A stretch of 64,000 bases of DNA from Podarcis cretensis (GCA_951804945.1 OX638158.1:41044001-41108000); one strand, 5' to 3'; positions 1 through 14,995 are shown, counted from the first letter of the stretch. Notes: generated from the letters alone by a model not told the origin. Program-made: numbers and translations.

Positions 1-3000
1 TGAGCAAAAGAAAAATAGAACTGCCTGGATAGATGCCTAAGAGAGAAAGTAGAAGCCTAGTACTCACAAGTTTACATCCTCTCCACAAATGCTCTTCACA
101 TCATTGAACTCACACAGCAGATCATCTTCATCCCACATTTCCCCATATTTTCCTCTCTTCTAACCACATTCTGATCCCAATGAAACCCAACAGGGTTTAA
201 ATTATTTGACTGCTGGCAGAGACACATGTTTGAGGATCATGGTAGGCAACATACTCTTTGGTTCATTTCTTTGCCCAAAACGGTGATCTTTGCGATGTGA
301 AGCTAATTGCATCCATCTTCCCTCTCCTTCCTGAACTTTATAACCCCAAGTTATGAAAGCCATGGAAGGACCAGCTCCATCTGCTCTCCCTTGTGTCTTT
401 TCTTGAGTCTGAACTTCTGCAAGCCTTGATTATTCTGGACTCATGAAAACGCACTGACGTGTATGCCAGCAAGCTGGTTGCAGATTCACCGCATCTTGAC
501 AATTTTAGGATGTATTCACCTTTGAATATGCTAGCTGCTGATCTGCCAACAGATGACTGACATAAACATCAGAGCATTCTAGTGAGTGTCAATACTGCAT
601 CACATTTGCATGACTTAAGTCCCTTATGTCCTATATAAAGCAAAGAGGGAGGAACCACAACACTGGAAACAGAAACATAAAGGTATCCCTCAATTGCTGC
701 AATTTAAAAACATGGGAGACTGACCCATAAAATGAAAAACAGTTCAACTGATTGAATACTATAGTTTCCGTGATTTGGGTAGTCAAATGAGAAATTGCTT
801 TAGAAGAGGTAAAATAAACACAATGAGCTTAGGGCAGTGCAATTTTGGGTAATACTCCCCATGAATAGAATAAAAATGTGAGCAATATGGAAAATATGGT
901 TCACATGAGAGGATTTGCAATAAAGTTCCCATTCCTTCCTACTACATCTGCAACAATAAGTGCACTACAATTTCAATACCTTCGACTGAATTTGGCTGGT
1001 GGCGTTCGCGAAAATATAACTATTCTCAGTATTCTTCCTACCTGGTGCCCCTAACAACTTAAGGGCCAAGCTTCAGTTAGCAGTTATCACCTTCTCTTTG
1101 GTACTAACTTGGATGCCGAGCAAAAATTAACAGCTATTTTCCAGGAGGTTTAGCTTTCCTAAGGATCATGTGGGTGAAACACAAAGCTCTTTTACAATCC
1201 TACTAAAAAACCAAAGTCACTGGTAAACCACTTTCCTCAGCTCCCTAGCGCAATATTAAAAGGCCATCCACTTCTCATACAGCAGCAGCGACTGTTTCCA
1301 TCTCCAGCTGTAAAAGCATCCAAATATCACAAAAGGCTGTGCTGGATTAAGACAATGATTAGCTCTCTCAACACTCGACCATAAATTTTCGTCGTAGAGT
1401 AGCACAGCGACATGACAAGAAGTGAGAAACAAAACCTTACCAAATTAATGTTACATTGTGGGGGTGGGAAGAGAAAGGAAACTTGGAAGCTTCTGCCTGA
1501 GATATACATTTCTGTGTTGATTCCATGCAGCTACTGAAGCCAGAGCCACCCGTGTAAGTAATAGGATAATAAAAGGAGCTTTAAAGAGTTCTGCAGGCTT
1601 CCCACAAAAGGTCAATATTTATTTTAATGTGCATAATTAAGCTGAGCAGCAGGCAACCAGTTTTTATTTTAAAGGGATAACTGTCAACTTGCATCTCCCC
1701 CACAGTCAACTTTGATACAAGTGAACACGAAACTTGCAGATTCAGAAAAGATGCTTTTGAGGAGTTCTGTGTATCCTAAGCTATGGTCTCTCGGCATTGC
1801 AACCCATAGGAATTTAACAGAAACACACATTTATCTACACATGCACACAGGCAGCTCAGAAACCAAATATCATATATTTCAGCACAACCCAGCCAGAACT
1901 TTCATACATTTTTTTCTCCCAATAAGGTAGTTATTTCTCGATTTGTCAGCCATTTGCCAGGTCACACAGATATTAGAATATATCCATCGTCCCTCATTAA
2001 CATTTAGTTTATTTGAGAATGAAAAGCTTCATGCTGTAATGAAACTGTTATATCAGTGTAGATTTTCTTCATCTTATTTAAAAATATTCAGAACATGCTG
2101 AAAGGTAAACTAACTACTGAATATAAACTATTTCTTATTTGCCTAAAGTTATGCTTACTAATGGGATAGGGGGCATGAGAACACAGATTGCCAGATATCT
2201 GCTCTGAATACTGTTGCAACAACACCAGCAGCCATGCAAAAATTCACCATTCAGTTGTCAAATCAGTTCACATCACCTAAGACAAAGAAAGTTCAAACCT
2301 TGAAGGGTTTTTTCCCCACTCCAGATATGTCCCTTACAATATTTTAAGATAATCCTTTGGCACTAGACCTTTTCCTGGAATCGTACCAAATACCTTAACA
2401 GGCATAACCAAGAGTGAAAAATGTATGCAAGAGGAGCAACACATTAACACATCTTGAAGAAAATAAGAGCCAAGATCCATAGCACTCACAAATGAAGGTG
2501 TGTGTATCTTAGGTAACTGGGATGTTGAATGCAAGCACAGAATGAACAGATTAAGAGGTATGTAAATATGGTCACCAGTAATGACTAGAAATTTAAGATG
2601 GAGTCTTGATTGTACTCTTACATGCCAACACCAACAGTAATTGCACCTGTTCAACCAGAGAAGCCATGTCTACCAATGGTTAATATAATTAATGTCATGT
2701 AGTTCTATGCCAGCTATAATATGGGACTCTGCAAGCACTAGTACAAAGATAATGTGTTTCTCACCACACCTCTCCATATTACCTGGCATCTCCAGTTTAC
2801 AACTGAAATACAGTATAGATGTATGATTCATACCAGCACAAAGTCATGTGGCAACTTTTCTTTCTTTTTTTTCCAACAGAAAAAGGTTTGCCAGGGTGTC
2901 ACATCAAAAATGAATGTATGCAAGTCCCATTTGCACAGTTTGTCCTAATCATGTAAGGTAGTTTCTAAACTTGCGGCCACGGATGCAATGAATGGTATTA

Positions 3001-6000
3001 GCAGAGGAATGATCCATGCAAGCTGATGAAGCACCTGAGTGGCATTTCCATACATTGCACAACTATGATGTGAAAGACAAAGCCAGGTAGAAGATCCCCC
3101 CCCCCCCGTCAGTCACTACAATATCACCAAAGTACCATACTTTGAGGTGCAGCTGCCTACTACCTTTTGTAAAACACAGTACAGTGTGGAATGCTTAAAT
3201 AGAACAGTTGAGCACAGCTCTTCATAAAAACAGGGGTATTTCACACCATAGCAAAAGACTGGGCATGATTTCTTAGACAGGCATCATTAAAGATGATATC
3301 TTTACTGGGGTCTAGGGGTGGAAGTGGCTGTTCCTAAAAAGAGGCAGCTCTACTAAGCCTGTAATTATTGGGAATTATGGCTTCCGTGCAGCACTGAAAT
3401 AGGCAACCAAAAACAGAGAACCCAAGGATTACAGAATCTTTGGAGCTCTTCTGAACACTAACTTTAGCACAACATAGAAAACAGAGGACTAAATAAGTAT
3501 CTGCAAGGCCAAAGCTATATGAATTACTTCTAGGTGGACTAGCTCTCAAAAGGTCTTTTTACTGCACAATGCAGCATTCGTGTGATACGTAGAATGCCCT
3601 ATCCAAAGAATTCAAAAGAAGATCATGCTAAGGAAAATATTTCACCTTTAAAAGGATTCATGGACCATGTTTAAACACTAACTACGGTCAATTTCAAAAC
3701 AAACCTACCTCAAACCATGGGTTACGAAAATACCTTTGTTTCAAAACTATGCTTAGTGTTAAATCATAAACCTGGATTCAAACAAAACATGAAAACATGT
3801 TTAAGGAAAACAAAGTAAAAGCTTCCAAGTCATGCTTGGCTGCAATCAAGAGGCTGTGGGGAGTAGGCCTGAGGCTCATTACAGCCTGCACACATCATGT
3901 CAAATCATGTGATGGGCAAATGTGGGCATCAAATGCAAGAGATAAACATACCATAAGTAAAGGGAAACTATGGCCGGGTTGACCCAGTGAGCCAAACTAT
4001 GGCTTGCTGCGACTGCATAAACATGTGGGCTCCCAGAAATGAGATGGCAGTCACTTTGCTCCTCCCTACTCATTCTGACTCCTACACCACACTGAGCTAA
4101 GGTTTGTTCTTGGCTACAGTTCATGGTTAGCATGTCAAGCCTAGGTTTGGGCAATGTGTGAAGCCAAATCTTGGCTTAGCTGAGCATGGTAAGGGAACAA
4201 AGAAAACCAGGAGGAAGCAAAGTTGTTGCATGCTCTGCTTAAGGAGCCTGCACGGTCATGGTAAGCCATAGCTTGTCTTGCTGTGTTGTATGAATAACTG
4301 AGGGCCATTAAAGGGGGAACAATGAAAAGCTAGAATGCACATTATTTAAATTTATAGTTTTTTTTTAAAAAGTACTGTATTAGAAAAGCATATGCATGGA
4401 CACTTTCTTTAGACAAACACAAAAATCTTAACATTTTGTCAGTGTTTCCTTTGAAAAGTTGAACACAGAAATTTTGTGCACATTACCCCAATTTTCTGCA
4501 TGTCTTCCTTGAGAAACTTGAAACAAAGTTAGTTCTTTGTGCTGAAGTTTGGCATAATAAGGTACCTTGTTACAAGGTACTATAACTCTTAGAAATTAGT
4601 CCTTGTGTCTCAGAGGGGTATTTATACACAGGTACATCAAACAGAGGTTACCTAGATGCCTTGAGATTTTTTTACAGATCTTGGATATACAATGGAAGAG
4701 GTCATCCTTTGCACCCATCTGTAAGTGTATAGTTCAGAGCCAATTTCTCCTGTTCGGTTAAGTTAGCTCCATTTTTTGCATTATTGTGCCATCTTTGAAT
4801 TCATTCTTCTGCCTCAAAGATTGAATGCCTTGTTAAACATACGGCACTCCACAAGCAAATCTGCACAAGACAGCATTCATCTCTATTTGCCCCCAACTGC
4901 AAGGATCATGCTAATGAACTGATGTATCATTTTTATTGCAACCAAATCAAGGCCCATAACAGGTTCCCATTACTTAAGTTTCCTTCAGCTATGCCCACGG
5001 CCATTTGGCTTAGTCTACCTATAAATCACGGCTTAGCTGGATGATGGCACAGTAGTACACCATTGAGGGTAGCATAACCCTCTCTTTATCCCGCTACTGG
5101 GATGTATTTCAACCATGAGCTGAATCCAACAAGGAAGATCCACCTCCAACACCTGGACGTATTTGTTTACACAGCATCTTTGCTTGAAGGATGTAGTTGT
5201 CTCCTGCATGTGTTCACATAATCCTTCAAAAACCTATTTCAGGTACTGTATAATAATGACCTGACAACTGAAGTTTCATGGTAGTGTTTTTCAAGCTCAG
5301 CTAACTAAAGCTTGTTTAATGGGACTTGAAGAAAATATATTATCCGCCTTAATGAGAATTTATGTAAATCACTGGCAGTGGCTTGTGCAGGATACAGTTA
5401 CCATTAATTATCATTAGCCTTTTTTTGGTTTACTGCCTAATTGTTCCTTTTTCCTAAAACTATTTTCCCTTTATTTTCTATTTTTTCAATTCCCCTCCAA
5501 AAAACCAACCTTCCAAAAGTAAGAGGAATTTCACTTGAAACTAAGCCCCTTGATGCAAATTTAAATTGTCAGATGTAAATGAAGTTATTTCAGTTTTCCA
5601 GTTTGATATTTTTTATTAACATACACAAGTAAATTAAGAGAGAAGCTGAAAGGCCTATGTGTCTAAGAAAATCAGTTTACAGAAATAGGTATGGAGATGG
5701 CTCAAGAAACTATGTCCTGTGCTGTTTTTTTGCTTAAGTTTTATCTTCTATTAAAAATTACAAACCCTGGAGTTTTAATGGTTGAATAGGCTCCTAAGCA
5801 GCTGCTTGCCTGATCATCTACTACAAAAGCAAAGTTGTGCATCCCACATCAACCTGTTTTCTTGAAACTCCCTTTGTCTCTTTTTTGCAAAACAGCATCG
5901 TGGTGGGGTACAAGTTGCAGGGGGATAAATACACAGTGGCGAGGAGGGGGTGGGTGCTTTTCTTTTGCAACTCCCCCACTCCTTGCTTCCAATCCATCCC

Positions 6001-7305
6001 CCCCACCCACCCAAGATGGGATAACAGACCAATGTTCCCATTGCAGTTTCCAACAAAAACCCTCCAAAAACACCCAGCAAGACACTTTTTATAAAAGTGG
6101 AACAGAATTGTCCCCTTTCTCTCCTCTGCACTTAACTGTGTGCACTGAACAGTAAAATATTTGTGGGCTGCCCACTTCTTTGGACATATTTGCAAGTGCA
6201 GACAGTAGAAACTGGATATGTAGTTTGCTTTACACAGAATATTTTAAGGGTATCTTTTGAGGGGAAAGAACAGGAAGCATGATTAACTCTGTGCCTCTGC
6301 GTACAAATTCGGGGATAGATGCAGCTTCACCATTTTTCTCTCCATAAAAGCCAGACACAGGGCCACGGGGGGGGGGGGTGGAATAGTTGTACAGAATGCT
6401 AGAAGCCTTAAGTCATTGTAGTGCAATAACAGAGAATGAGAGAAATAGGGAAGTACAAGGCTTGTGAAGGGATTACAGGCTGACTCTGAAATATATCCTG
6501 ACACTAATTTCATAAAATTGCTTGATTTGATTGATGCGTCATTAACGGACTGTAAGGTATCCACCAACTGCAGTAAGATAAACTAAAAAGAATAATTACA
6601 TCTTCAGTGGGACTCTAGTATTAAGTAATTTTTCCCCCTATTATAAATGGTCATTCTGTATACAACATTCAATACCGTAATAGCGAGGACTGGCTTTCAG
6701 CACTGTAATTTAGTAAATTACAGTTTCTGATTCCTAAAATGCAGATGTATTCCTGCTTAAAGTGGCCCTTTTATTTTAGCTTTTCCCACTGCCATCGAGA
6801 ACATACGATTATAAGGTCCCCACAACAAATCCTACTTTTTGAACCTCCAGTGTTCTATCAGTTTAAAGTATCTAGGATTTTTAAAAAGAAGTTTGCACAT
6901 TGGACGTGAAATAGCTCTAGAAAGTTTCCAAAAGGAGAAAATCATCCCACAATTCTAAGAACACTGGCTTGCACGTAAATCCCATTCATTCATTATGAAA
7001 GTTATTTCCACATCAGTGTATTCATAGTTTTAACCTCAGGGGTTTCCTACATATATAAGGGTATGCTTTGACAGCCGTTTGGTAGTGCAATAAAAGTGTA
7101 GTTGTTCCCAACTTCTCTTTCTCGGGGTTTGGTTTCTCTTGTAGCAATGCCATTTTCTTAATAATAGATGTCTTCTATTTGTAGCTGGGAATTTCTTCCC
7201 CATTTCCAAACAGCATCCATTGTTATTTCAGTTAAGTAGAGAGAAACGAGACCCCTACTCTTCGAAGAGCTGTGTGATGAGTGTTGCTTTATTAATGCTT
7301 TAGAC

Positions 7306-7424
7306 CAGGAATGAGGAGCTGGTGGCCTTCCAGATGTTGCTGGACTACAGCTCCCATCATCCCTGATCACTGCCCATGCTGCCTTAGGCCAATAACATCT
7401 GGAGGCTATAGGTCCCCATCCCTG
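7306..7424. mobile_element. Palindromic hAT MITE
   Basis: CAGG...CCTG termini, CCAGATGTT/AACATCTGG arms, 8-bp TSD CTTTAGAC. Confidence 0.8.
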
Positions 7425-7901
7425 CTTTAGACAAAGAGCATCCTCAGTTCTCCAAGAGTCCCATAATTTCTGGTACTTTTATAGAGGGCTATATATGGCT
7501 TTAAAAGCATGGTGCATTTCCAGAATTGTCATTCACATCTATCATCAATTATTTTTAAACTATTTATCTCAACTATTATATGTGGCTGAATATGACATTG
7601 CTGGCTTTGAGAAGAGTTACAGGTGACTACAGAATTTTCTGAGGGTTAAAATGTGTCTCAGGCACATAAATTCTTTGATCTTATGGGAACACCATTATTC
7701 ATAGACCTCTGCATTTAGGTGCTAGGTAAGCACCTATTACATTTCTTACTGAAACTACCAACTCATTCTGAGGATGTCACTTAAAATAGCAACCCCCAGT
7801 TACTATTTATGAAGTCTTTGAAATGCTACAGTAGTAGCCTTGAAGTAAATGTTACTTCCACTTCAGGCGGATTCTAGGTTAAGGTCTTTAGAAGTCCCCT
7901 C

Positions 7902-7902
<1 letters not shown>

Positions 7903-7940
<38 letters not shown>
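7903..7940. repeat. (AC)n microsatellite
   Basis: Direct reading. Confidence 0.95.
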
Positions 7941-7942
<2 letters not shown>

Positions 7943-10900
7943 CCTGTGTGTGGAAAAAACAAAGGAAATCTGTCATGTCCCTTCAGTTGAGGTTGCTTAC
8001 TTTCCTGTCGGAAAGCATTATTTGGAAAATAATTAGGACTGTCAGTTGTAAACTTCCTTCAAGTCAGTCAAATGATGTCATTTCATATATTTAAACAGAT
8101 GTGGGAATTTCAAAAATCAGGAGCTGGCAAAGGATGGGTGGGAGAGACAGACAGGAAGCAACCAAAGTTGTTATTTTGGAAATCCTTCTGAGAGAAATAC
8201 AACAGTGACTTCCCCTTATCTCAACCCCCAAAAAGCAGATTTAATGTCAGAAACATAGGGCTACCTTATCTGCGCTTCATGAGGACCTATGAAGTTGCCC
8301 AGTACCAAAATAGAGCATATTGTGCAGTTTTGTCTATGTTGACTGGCAATACGGTTTCTTTAGGAAGAAATGGAAGCATTTCCCAGCCCTGCTGTAAATC
8401 ACTGAGGACTGAACTTGAGGCCTTATGCATGCAGGTACCATACCACAAAGGCACAGCTCTTTTATTATGAACCCTTTGTCTTGGTTACTCTGTAAGAAGG
8501 TTTACTTTTTAAATGTATTGTAGGATGCATCAAAATAATTGCACTTCTTGGTTTGAGGGCAATATTGGCAAAGTAGTTAATGTGTTATGATATGTGTTAT
8601 GATCATTACGTGTTACCAGAGACACTATGAATAAATAATAACTGGGTCACTAAATTGGCCTCTTGTAGATCTGAAAAAAGAGGTGCACTGTTGCATTATA
8701 CACCTATGACCAAGGAACATCTACAGACAAAGGGACCATCTGGCTTCCATAAAAATTAACAGCACTTGCTGAAACTTGCCAGCACATACATCAAAGCATC
8801 CCAAAAATAAATGTTTGTCTTCTCTCTTCCCTTTCCTAAATTACTCCTCTGCTTTCACCTTTTAGAGTTAGCCATGAAGCAGGTTTACATCATCCAGAGT
8901 TTAAGAAACCATTTCAAGTTCTACTTGCAAATTAGTTTACAGCACATCAACTTCAGTGGAGACATAATGCTAGGGTTAGCATCAGAAGAAGAAAAAAGAG
9001 GATAATCCACAGGGAGGGGGAGGGGGGACTGTGAGTCCACAACTAACTCCCAATATATTGAGAGAGAGAAAATACATTTTACTCTCATGATGTTCTTTTT
9101 TACAAAATAAAAAATTCTGTTTTTACTGCTTTTTTTATACCATACAATATCAAACACCTTTTACATGGTTGTAACAGAGATCAAAAGACAGAGATTCAGA
9201 TGAATTCAAATACCAAGCCACTTCGGACAAATTCGGAGACAAATTCTGCTGTAAAGGACTAACAACTTCTGCATTTTTTCAAAAAGGAACTTAGCAAATC
9301 TAGATGAACAGTTTCTTACTTTTCTTTAAATATCATCCTAATTCTAAGGGTTTTGAACAACACTGAGGAAGCCTCTGGGCTAATACAAAATCAGTTTTCA
9401 GTAAGGAACAAAACATTGTTTTTGAAATCACCTAAGGTGAGCTTGTTTCTTTAAGGCAAATCTATTTTCAAAATTATATTATACACAGAAGATGTAATAT
9501 TTCTTCAATATGTCCCCTTCAAGGGGTTAATTAATTAATATAGAAAATAAACAGAAAACATGATTTTGCATTTCTTAATGCATTCTTTGGTTAGACTTCT
9601 GTTATGTAAAATAGTACAAAACTTAGTAAAAAGCCATTAAGATAAGTGTGTTCAAATGTGATTTTAAAAATCACAGTGCTGGGCATGGCATCCACTCTTG
9701 ACCAGCAACTGAAAAACAATCAAGCATGGATAAGTCTTCTCTTTCTGTGAATTGGTTGGTGCACTGTTCTGTGCTCAGAATCGCTAAAACATTTTCACAC
9801 ACTTTGCACACTTTTAAAAACATGTTGGGCACTTAAAACACTCAGAAAAGGAAAGACAAAGCTTTTCTTTAAGCAGATGTAGATTGTTGTATAATTGAAG
9901 GCATTTTGCAACTAAGGATAATTCTCTCAGCTCATCAGCTTTTTAGCATTGAGATAGAATCCACATAATAAAGCCCACAGCTCCCAATTAAAAAGGAAAA
10001 TATGAGGGGTTTTTACTATTCCTGGTGTGTAGTTTCATGTGCACTCAAATTTCATCAGTAAAAGCACCTGGGCCTCAGTGTGAATGTCATGACATCCAAA
10101 TTCATGCATGATTTACTTCCTCAGCTAAAGCACTTTCTGTCCAACAAATAATTGGCATACAACATTGACATGGGTGTAAGTAATTTGAAACCTGTTCATG
10201 TATAGCAGCTTGCAAACCAAAGTCCATTTTCATCATATCCTTCCCTACTTTTCTGAGATTTAAAAGAAGGAAAACGCAACTCCCACAGAAACTCTCTTCT
10301 CCATCTTTTAAAATATAACAAAGCAGTGTTTTATTATTACAGCAGAACTTGTTATACACATCATTTGAAAGGTTTCTGTATTTCTGTAGTCAAGAACTAG
10401 TTTTAGTTAACTACCTAGATGTCTCCCCTGCCCAATCAACTAAGCACACAACATTATTATTCTATTCTGAATCCACTCAGTCCAATATTATATGTTGATA
10501 TCTAGGAAATTGTAATGGCGATGAAGGAAGCCCATCAAAGCTAAAAGGAAAGGGCACTAAGAAAACCTTACTTTTCAAGACCACCAGTGTAGTCTTTTGG
10601 TTGGGACCTGATTTCAAAAAGGCACACACTGGTAAACAGTGCCCTAATTAGCATTCCATGTGTGAACAAAGAAACAAGGGTCAGTAGATCCAGGATAGGG
10701 TCAAGTTATCAAAACGCTATGGGACAATACAGAGCCTCTCTCTAAAAGAAGTGGCTCATCCCATGAAACCACACTAAGGTCCCTTAACCTTTTTCTCCCT
10801 CCTTCTCCCCCATTCTCATTTCTAAGAGGAAGAAAAACAAATCACTTCAATGCAGTGCTATTACTAATTGGTAATTATTCTGCTATGAAGACAGCAAGGA

Positions 10901-11422
10901 AAAAAGGGCAAGCTCCACTCACAGGCTGCCCAACAAAAAAAATTAAAAGGACACAATTAGCATACCTAGTTAGGTTGGGCTTCCTTGCTTTCAACGAAAA
11001 GCATGCAAACACGGTCTTACTTTGAATATTGATTATATTGATTCCTGAATTATGCACATCAGAAAGTATCTATACAAGAAAAAAAAATCATTTGAAAAAC
11101 AAATGCAAGTTTTCATGGTGAACAAAACAGCTACAAAATAGTGTTGCATGTACCCCAGTTATCTGAACCGTGAGAATTTCCTGGGGTGTAGCACTAACTA
11201 GGATTTGTGTAAGGTTACAGGAAGCTTGTGACATTTTTGAATTGTTGCGTTTATTTAGAAATATGCAGGTTGAGCAAAGATGGAGGTTCACTCCAACTGA
11301 CGCCTACCCAACATTTTCTGCTCCCAAATCAGATATTCTAGCATCTCTAAGTTGCTTCTAGAACTCCAAAGGGTTTCCAACCCCTGACTCTATCACTCTA
11401 ACTGCTCTTTACATTCAAGCAG

Positions 11423-12345
11423 GTGATCCGGATGACTTCTTAAAACCATTTAATGGGCAGTTAGCAATCACAAGAAATAGAGGTGGTTTGACCTCTCCTC
11501 CATTCCTGGAATCAATAATCACAGATAATGATGTGAAGTGAAAATTCTCTAGAAAATTCTCTGGAGAATATTGTCCACGAACTGTAAATTCTAATGTAAG
11601 AACCAATTTTACAACCCACATTTAAAAAAATCTAGTAAATAATAAGTCAAGCTGTGATATTGCCAGGGGTTTTTTGATCCAGTTACATTACTGAGCATTG
11701 TGTCATTCACCATTGGCAGTTCTGAAATGTGAGCTACAGAAAACATTTTTTTTTTTTTTTTAGTTTTAAATGTGCTATTCATTTAATTTGATGAACATTT
11801 GAATTCATATGTATTTCAACTATATGTAGTAGCCTTTTTTCTATTTTGGTGTGACCTTATTCTTAGCAATTCTATACCCTTGGCCAGTGTGATATTTATT
11901 TATTTTTTTTACAGAAAGTAGCTTTAATGCTTTATACACTGAAAGTACCTAGGCCTATACAATTATGTGTAACAGCATGTGAGGTGGCCTTGATTTAAAC
12001 AGTTGACATTTCTAGAGTTTTATTTAGCGCCAGTAACCGGTTTTTGCAGTGCCATTCAATGGTACAAGGTGCCATTTTCCAGAGACTGACATATAGAAAT
12101 ATATATAATGATAATATATTTAATGTTGATGGCTTATTTTTTATATGTATGCATAGAGGTTTGTTTATCAAGCTGTGTTTTAGTCACCAAAACAGTTATT
12201 AAGTGTTAGAGCTATTAGAAGCACAAGATAGTCTATTACTGAATTTACTTGTATCAAATCTTAACATGCCAATTGTATTTTTTGACTTGTCCTATAACAT
12301 GTGCATGTTCTAATGGAAGAATAAAATATGATTTAACTACTGAGT
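11423..12345 (+). other. Candidate terminal exon/3'UTR of an unidentified + strand transcript
   Basis: Acceptor-like CTCTTTACATTCAAGCAG, then about 900 bp of repeat-free T-rich sequence with ATTTA motifs and a poly-T run, AATAAA at about 12320 and a U/GU-rich downstream region. Confidence 0.4.
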
Positions 12346-13640
12346 TTCCTTATACCAAAGCTTAACATGACAAATACTGGTGCCATCACCTTAGAATGGT
12401 TTAACTTTAACTATAAAACATGGTTTACTTTTTAATTTGATACTTGCAAGTGACAAGTAGGCTTGTGCTTATATATTTTCACTGTGGTTCCTTTGCTAAA
12501 CAAGTTTAAATGAAAATTCTCTAATATTTTCATTAATCGTGAATATTCACCAAAAGATTATTCTCGAGAATTTAACATCACTAATAACAGAGTCATAAAG
12601 GCTTATCCAGGTCAACTTCAATTCTGCAAACACTAGGTCAGATCCTCCAAGTGTCCCTATTTTCCAGGGACAGTCCTAGTCCCAGATTTACAGAAACTGT
12701 CCTTGTTTCTGATTTGATCCTGGAATGTCCCACTTTTCCTTAGCACATCCCTATTTTTATAAAAGAAATGTTGGAGGATATGGCAGGATGTCCCTATTTT
12801 CATTCAATAAATATTGGAAGGTATGGAGTTATGTGACCCCCGAGCCAAGGAGATAGAACCTTTAGAAGACATCTGAATTATCATTATCATTTTATTTGTA
12901 GGCCACCCAGTCACTCTGGGCAGCTCCTAAAAGAATATTAAAAACATGATTGAAACATTTCTCTTCTGTTGTGTTTTTTTAAAAAAGAAAGCCTCAAACT
13001 GGCTTATAAAAATACAAAAAATAAAAACTATCAACAGGAAATACAAAAACGTTTTTTACTATAAAAGTTGAGATGAGCACTAATAAAACAGATAAGGATT
13101 TTTAAAATCATTGTTAGGCTGAAAGATTGTTAGGCTGCTGCCACAAATATCTTAGGGAAAGGAATTCCATAGACAAAGCTCTGTCATTGGTCTCCAAGCA
13201 TCTCACCTCAAAGCACTCTGAGCACTCAGACAAGCCTCCAGTCATGCAATTCAAAAGGTACTATAAAATTCCCTTTTACAACAACAAGGAACAATGAATC
13301 TGAGATGACACCTTCGCAGTGGGGGGAAAACCTGTGCTTGTCTGATGACATTTGTCTGCACTAATTCATTCAAAACTGCAAGGATTAGGTGGCCCTAGTT
13401 ATTCACTGAGGCACAAAAATCGTAAAGCCAAATACCTGCTACTATTTCTTTTGTTAAATCACTTTAAGAAATGCTAGATAAATATTGCACACTTCTTAAC
13501 TGCAGATAGTTCACCATGATCCATAAACTCTAATGTACACAAAGGGACTACAATGTTTTCTGGAACAATGAGCAAACAAGAGCTCCTCCATTCTTCTTAC
13601 TGTTGGAGAATGCTTCATGTTTGCAATGGAGAATTTACAA

Positions 13641-13657
13641 TCTCTCTCTATCTATCT

Positions 13658-13698
<41 letters not shown>
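13641..13698. repeat. Compound (TC/TCTA)n(AC)n microsatellite
   Basis: Direct reading. Confidence 0.95.
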
Positions 13699-13699
<1 letters not shown>

Positions 13700-14884
13700 C
13701 CAAAGAACATAAATCAAGCCCCCTTTATGCGCTGAAGTCCTGCTCAACCGGAACATTGCTAAAGAAAACAACAGCGGTATAAAATACAGTGGCTTCCTAT
13801 TAGCATCTTATGTGTTCCTTAAATAATGTTTTCCAAGTTTTTATTTCTAATTCAGGCTATTTCAGGATGGGTAACAATAAAATGTAATAAAACACATTCA
13901 GCTTCAATAAAATCACAGCTACATTAAATAATTAAGTTTGCATCATAAAAGGCAGTTTTGTGCTTTCAGCTGTTGCAAGGTAGGGGTACATTTCCTTAAA
14001 AGGGTTTCATGTAGCACCCAAGTCAACATACCATTGTCTTTGGAGGGGAGGATCAAACTCTCATGTTCACCATCTATACGGTTAAAACAAATTGCTGAGT
14101 TGGAGAGTGCACCCTTTGTGCTCAGAGGCAACATAAAGCAGCAAGGTGCCTATGATATAAGGCCTGTCCTTTGTACCACTGTAAACATGCTGCCATAGTG
14201 ACAACAGAAAAATGTAAAGATTTAGCAAAGTCTTGAATGCATTGAGATCAGCTTCAGCTTGCTAAGAAGTGTTTTTTGTATCATTCAGGGTTTAGGTTTA
14301 TTAGCTATCAACCAGCTATTATAAACATTAACTGATTTATAAGAGGTCAATGGCTTGGGTCCTCTGATAAGCTAAGTTAAGGAAATTAAAGGAAGGAGAG
14401 TTGCCTGCTCACTCTTTCACCTGCAACTGAGAGTCCCAAAAAGCCTTTTCAGGATGATGCAGAGCCCCGCCTAAATCATTCAGAGGGACTGCTGGAGAAG
14501 AGAGAGAATTATCTAAAATGGCTTGGAGTTAAAGTAAGGAAATTCACAAAAGGAAAAAGTTATCAGTGCCTCGTGTTCCACCCAACATTGTATGGGAGGG
14601 TCCTCAAACATTCCAGAGAGCCTTTGGGGTGGGAGGCTTCATTGGGGAAATGGGGGTAGGAAACCTTACTTCTATGGATTTTGTTAAATTATGTAGAAGC
14701 CATACTGAAGTCTACACAAGCCAGCTTACTAACAGTTAACAAAGTCCTCATTTGATACCACAACTATAATACTCCCACTTTCAAATTTAGTCACAGAAAA
14801 GCAAGAATGCCACTGAACTACAGAATTAGTACAGTTACAGAGATACCCCCGTGTGGACATCCTGTGGGGCTGGGATACATCAGA

Positions 14885-14995
14885 CAAACTGTCTGTGGAC
14901 AAAGGCCGGCTCCCTCGGCCTGAAGAGAGATGAGCACCTCACCCCGTAGTCTCCTTTGACTGGATTTAACCATCCAGGGGTCCTTTATCTTTACC
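14885..14995 (+). mobile_element. 3' tail fragment of a Sauria SINE or its partner LINE
   Basis: GGCTCCCTCGGCC...GAGATGAG...GACTGGA...GGGTCCTTTATCTTTACC resembles 60962-61049. Confidence 0.65.

Noticed and set aside
68-630. Minus-strand exon candidates (GTGAGTA donor at 61-67; MWDEDDLLCEFNDVKSICGEDVN; DIRDLSHANVMQY*)
   Set aside because: Weak acceptors or stops in all long frames, and no recognisable protein.
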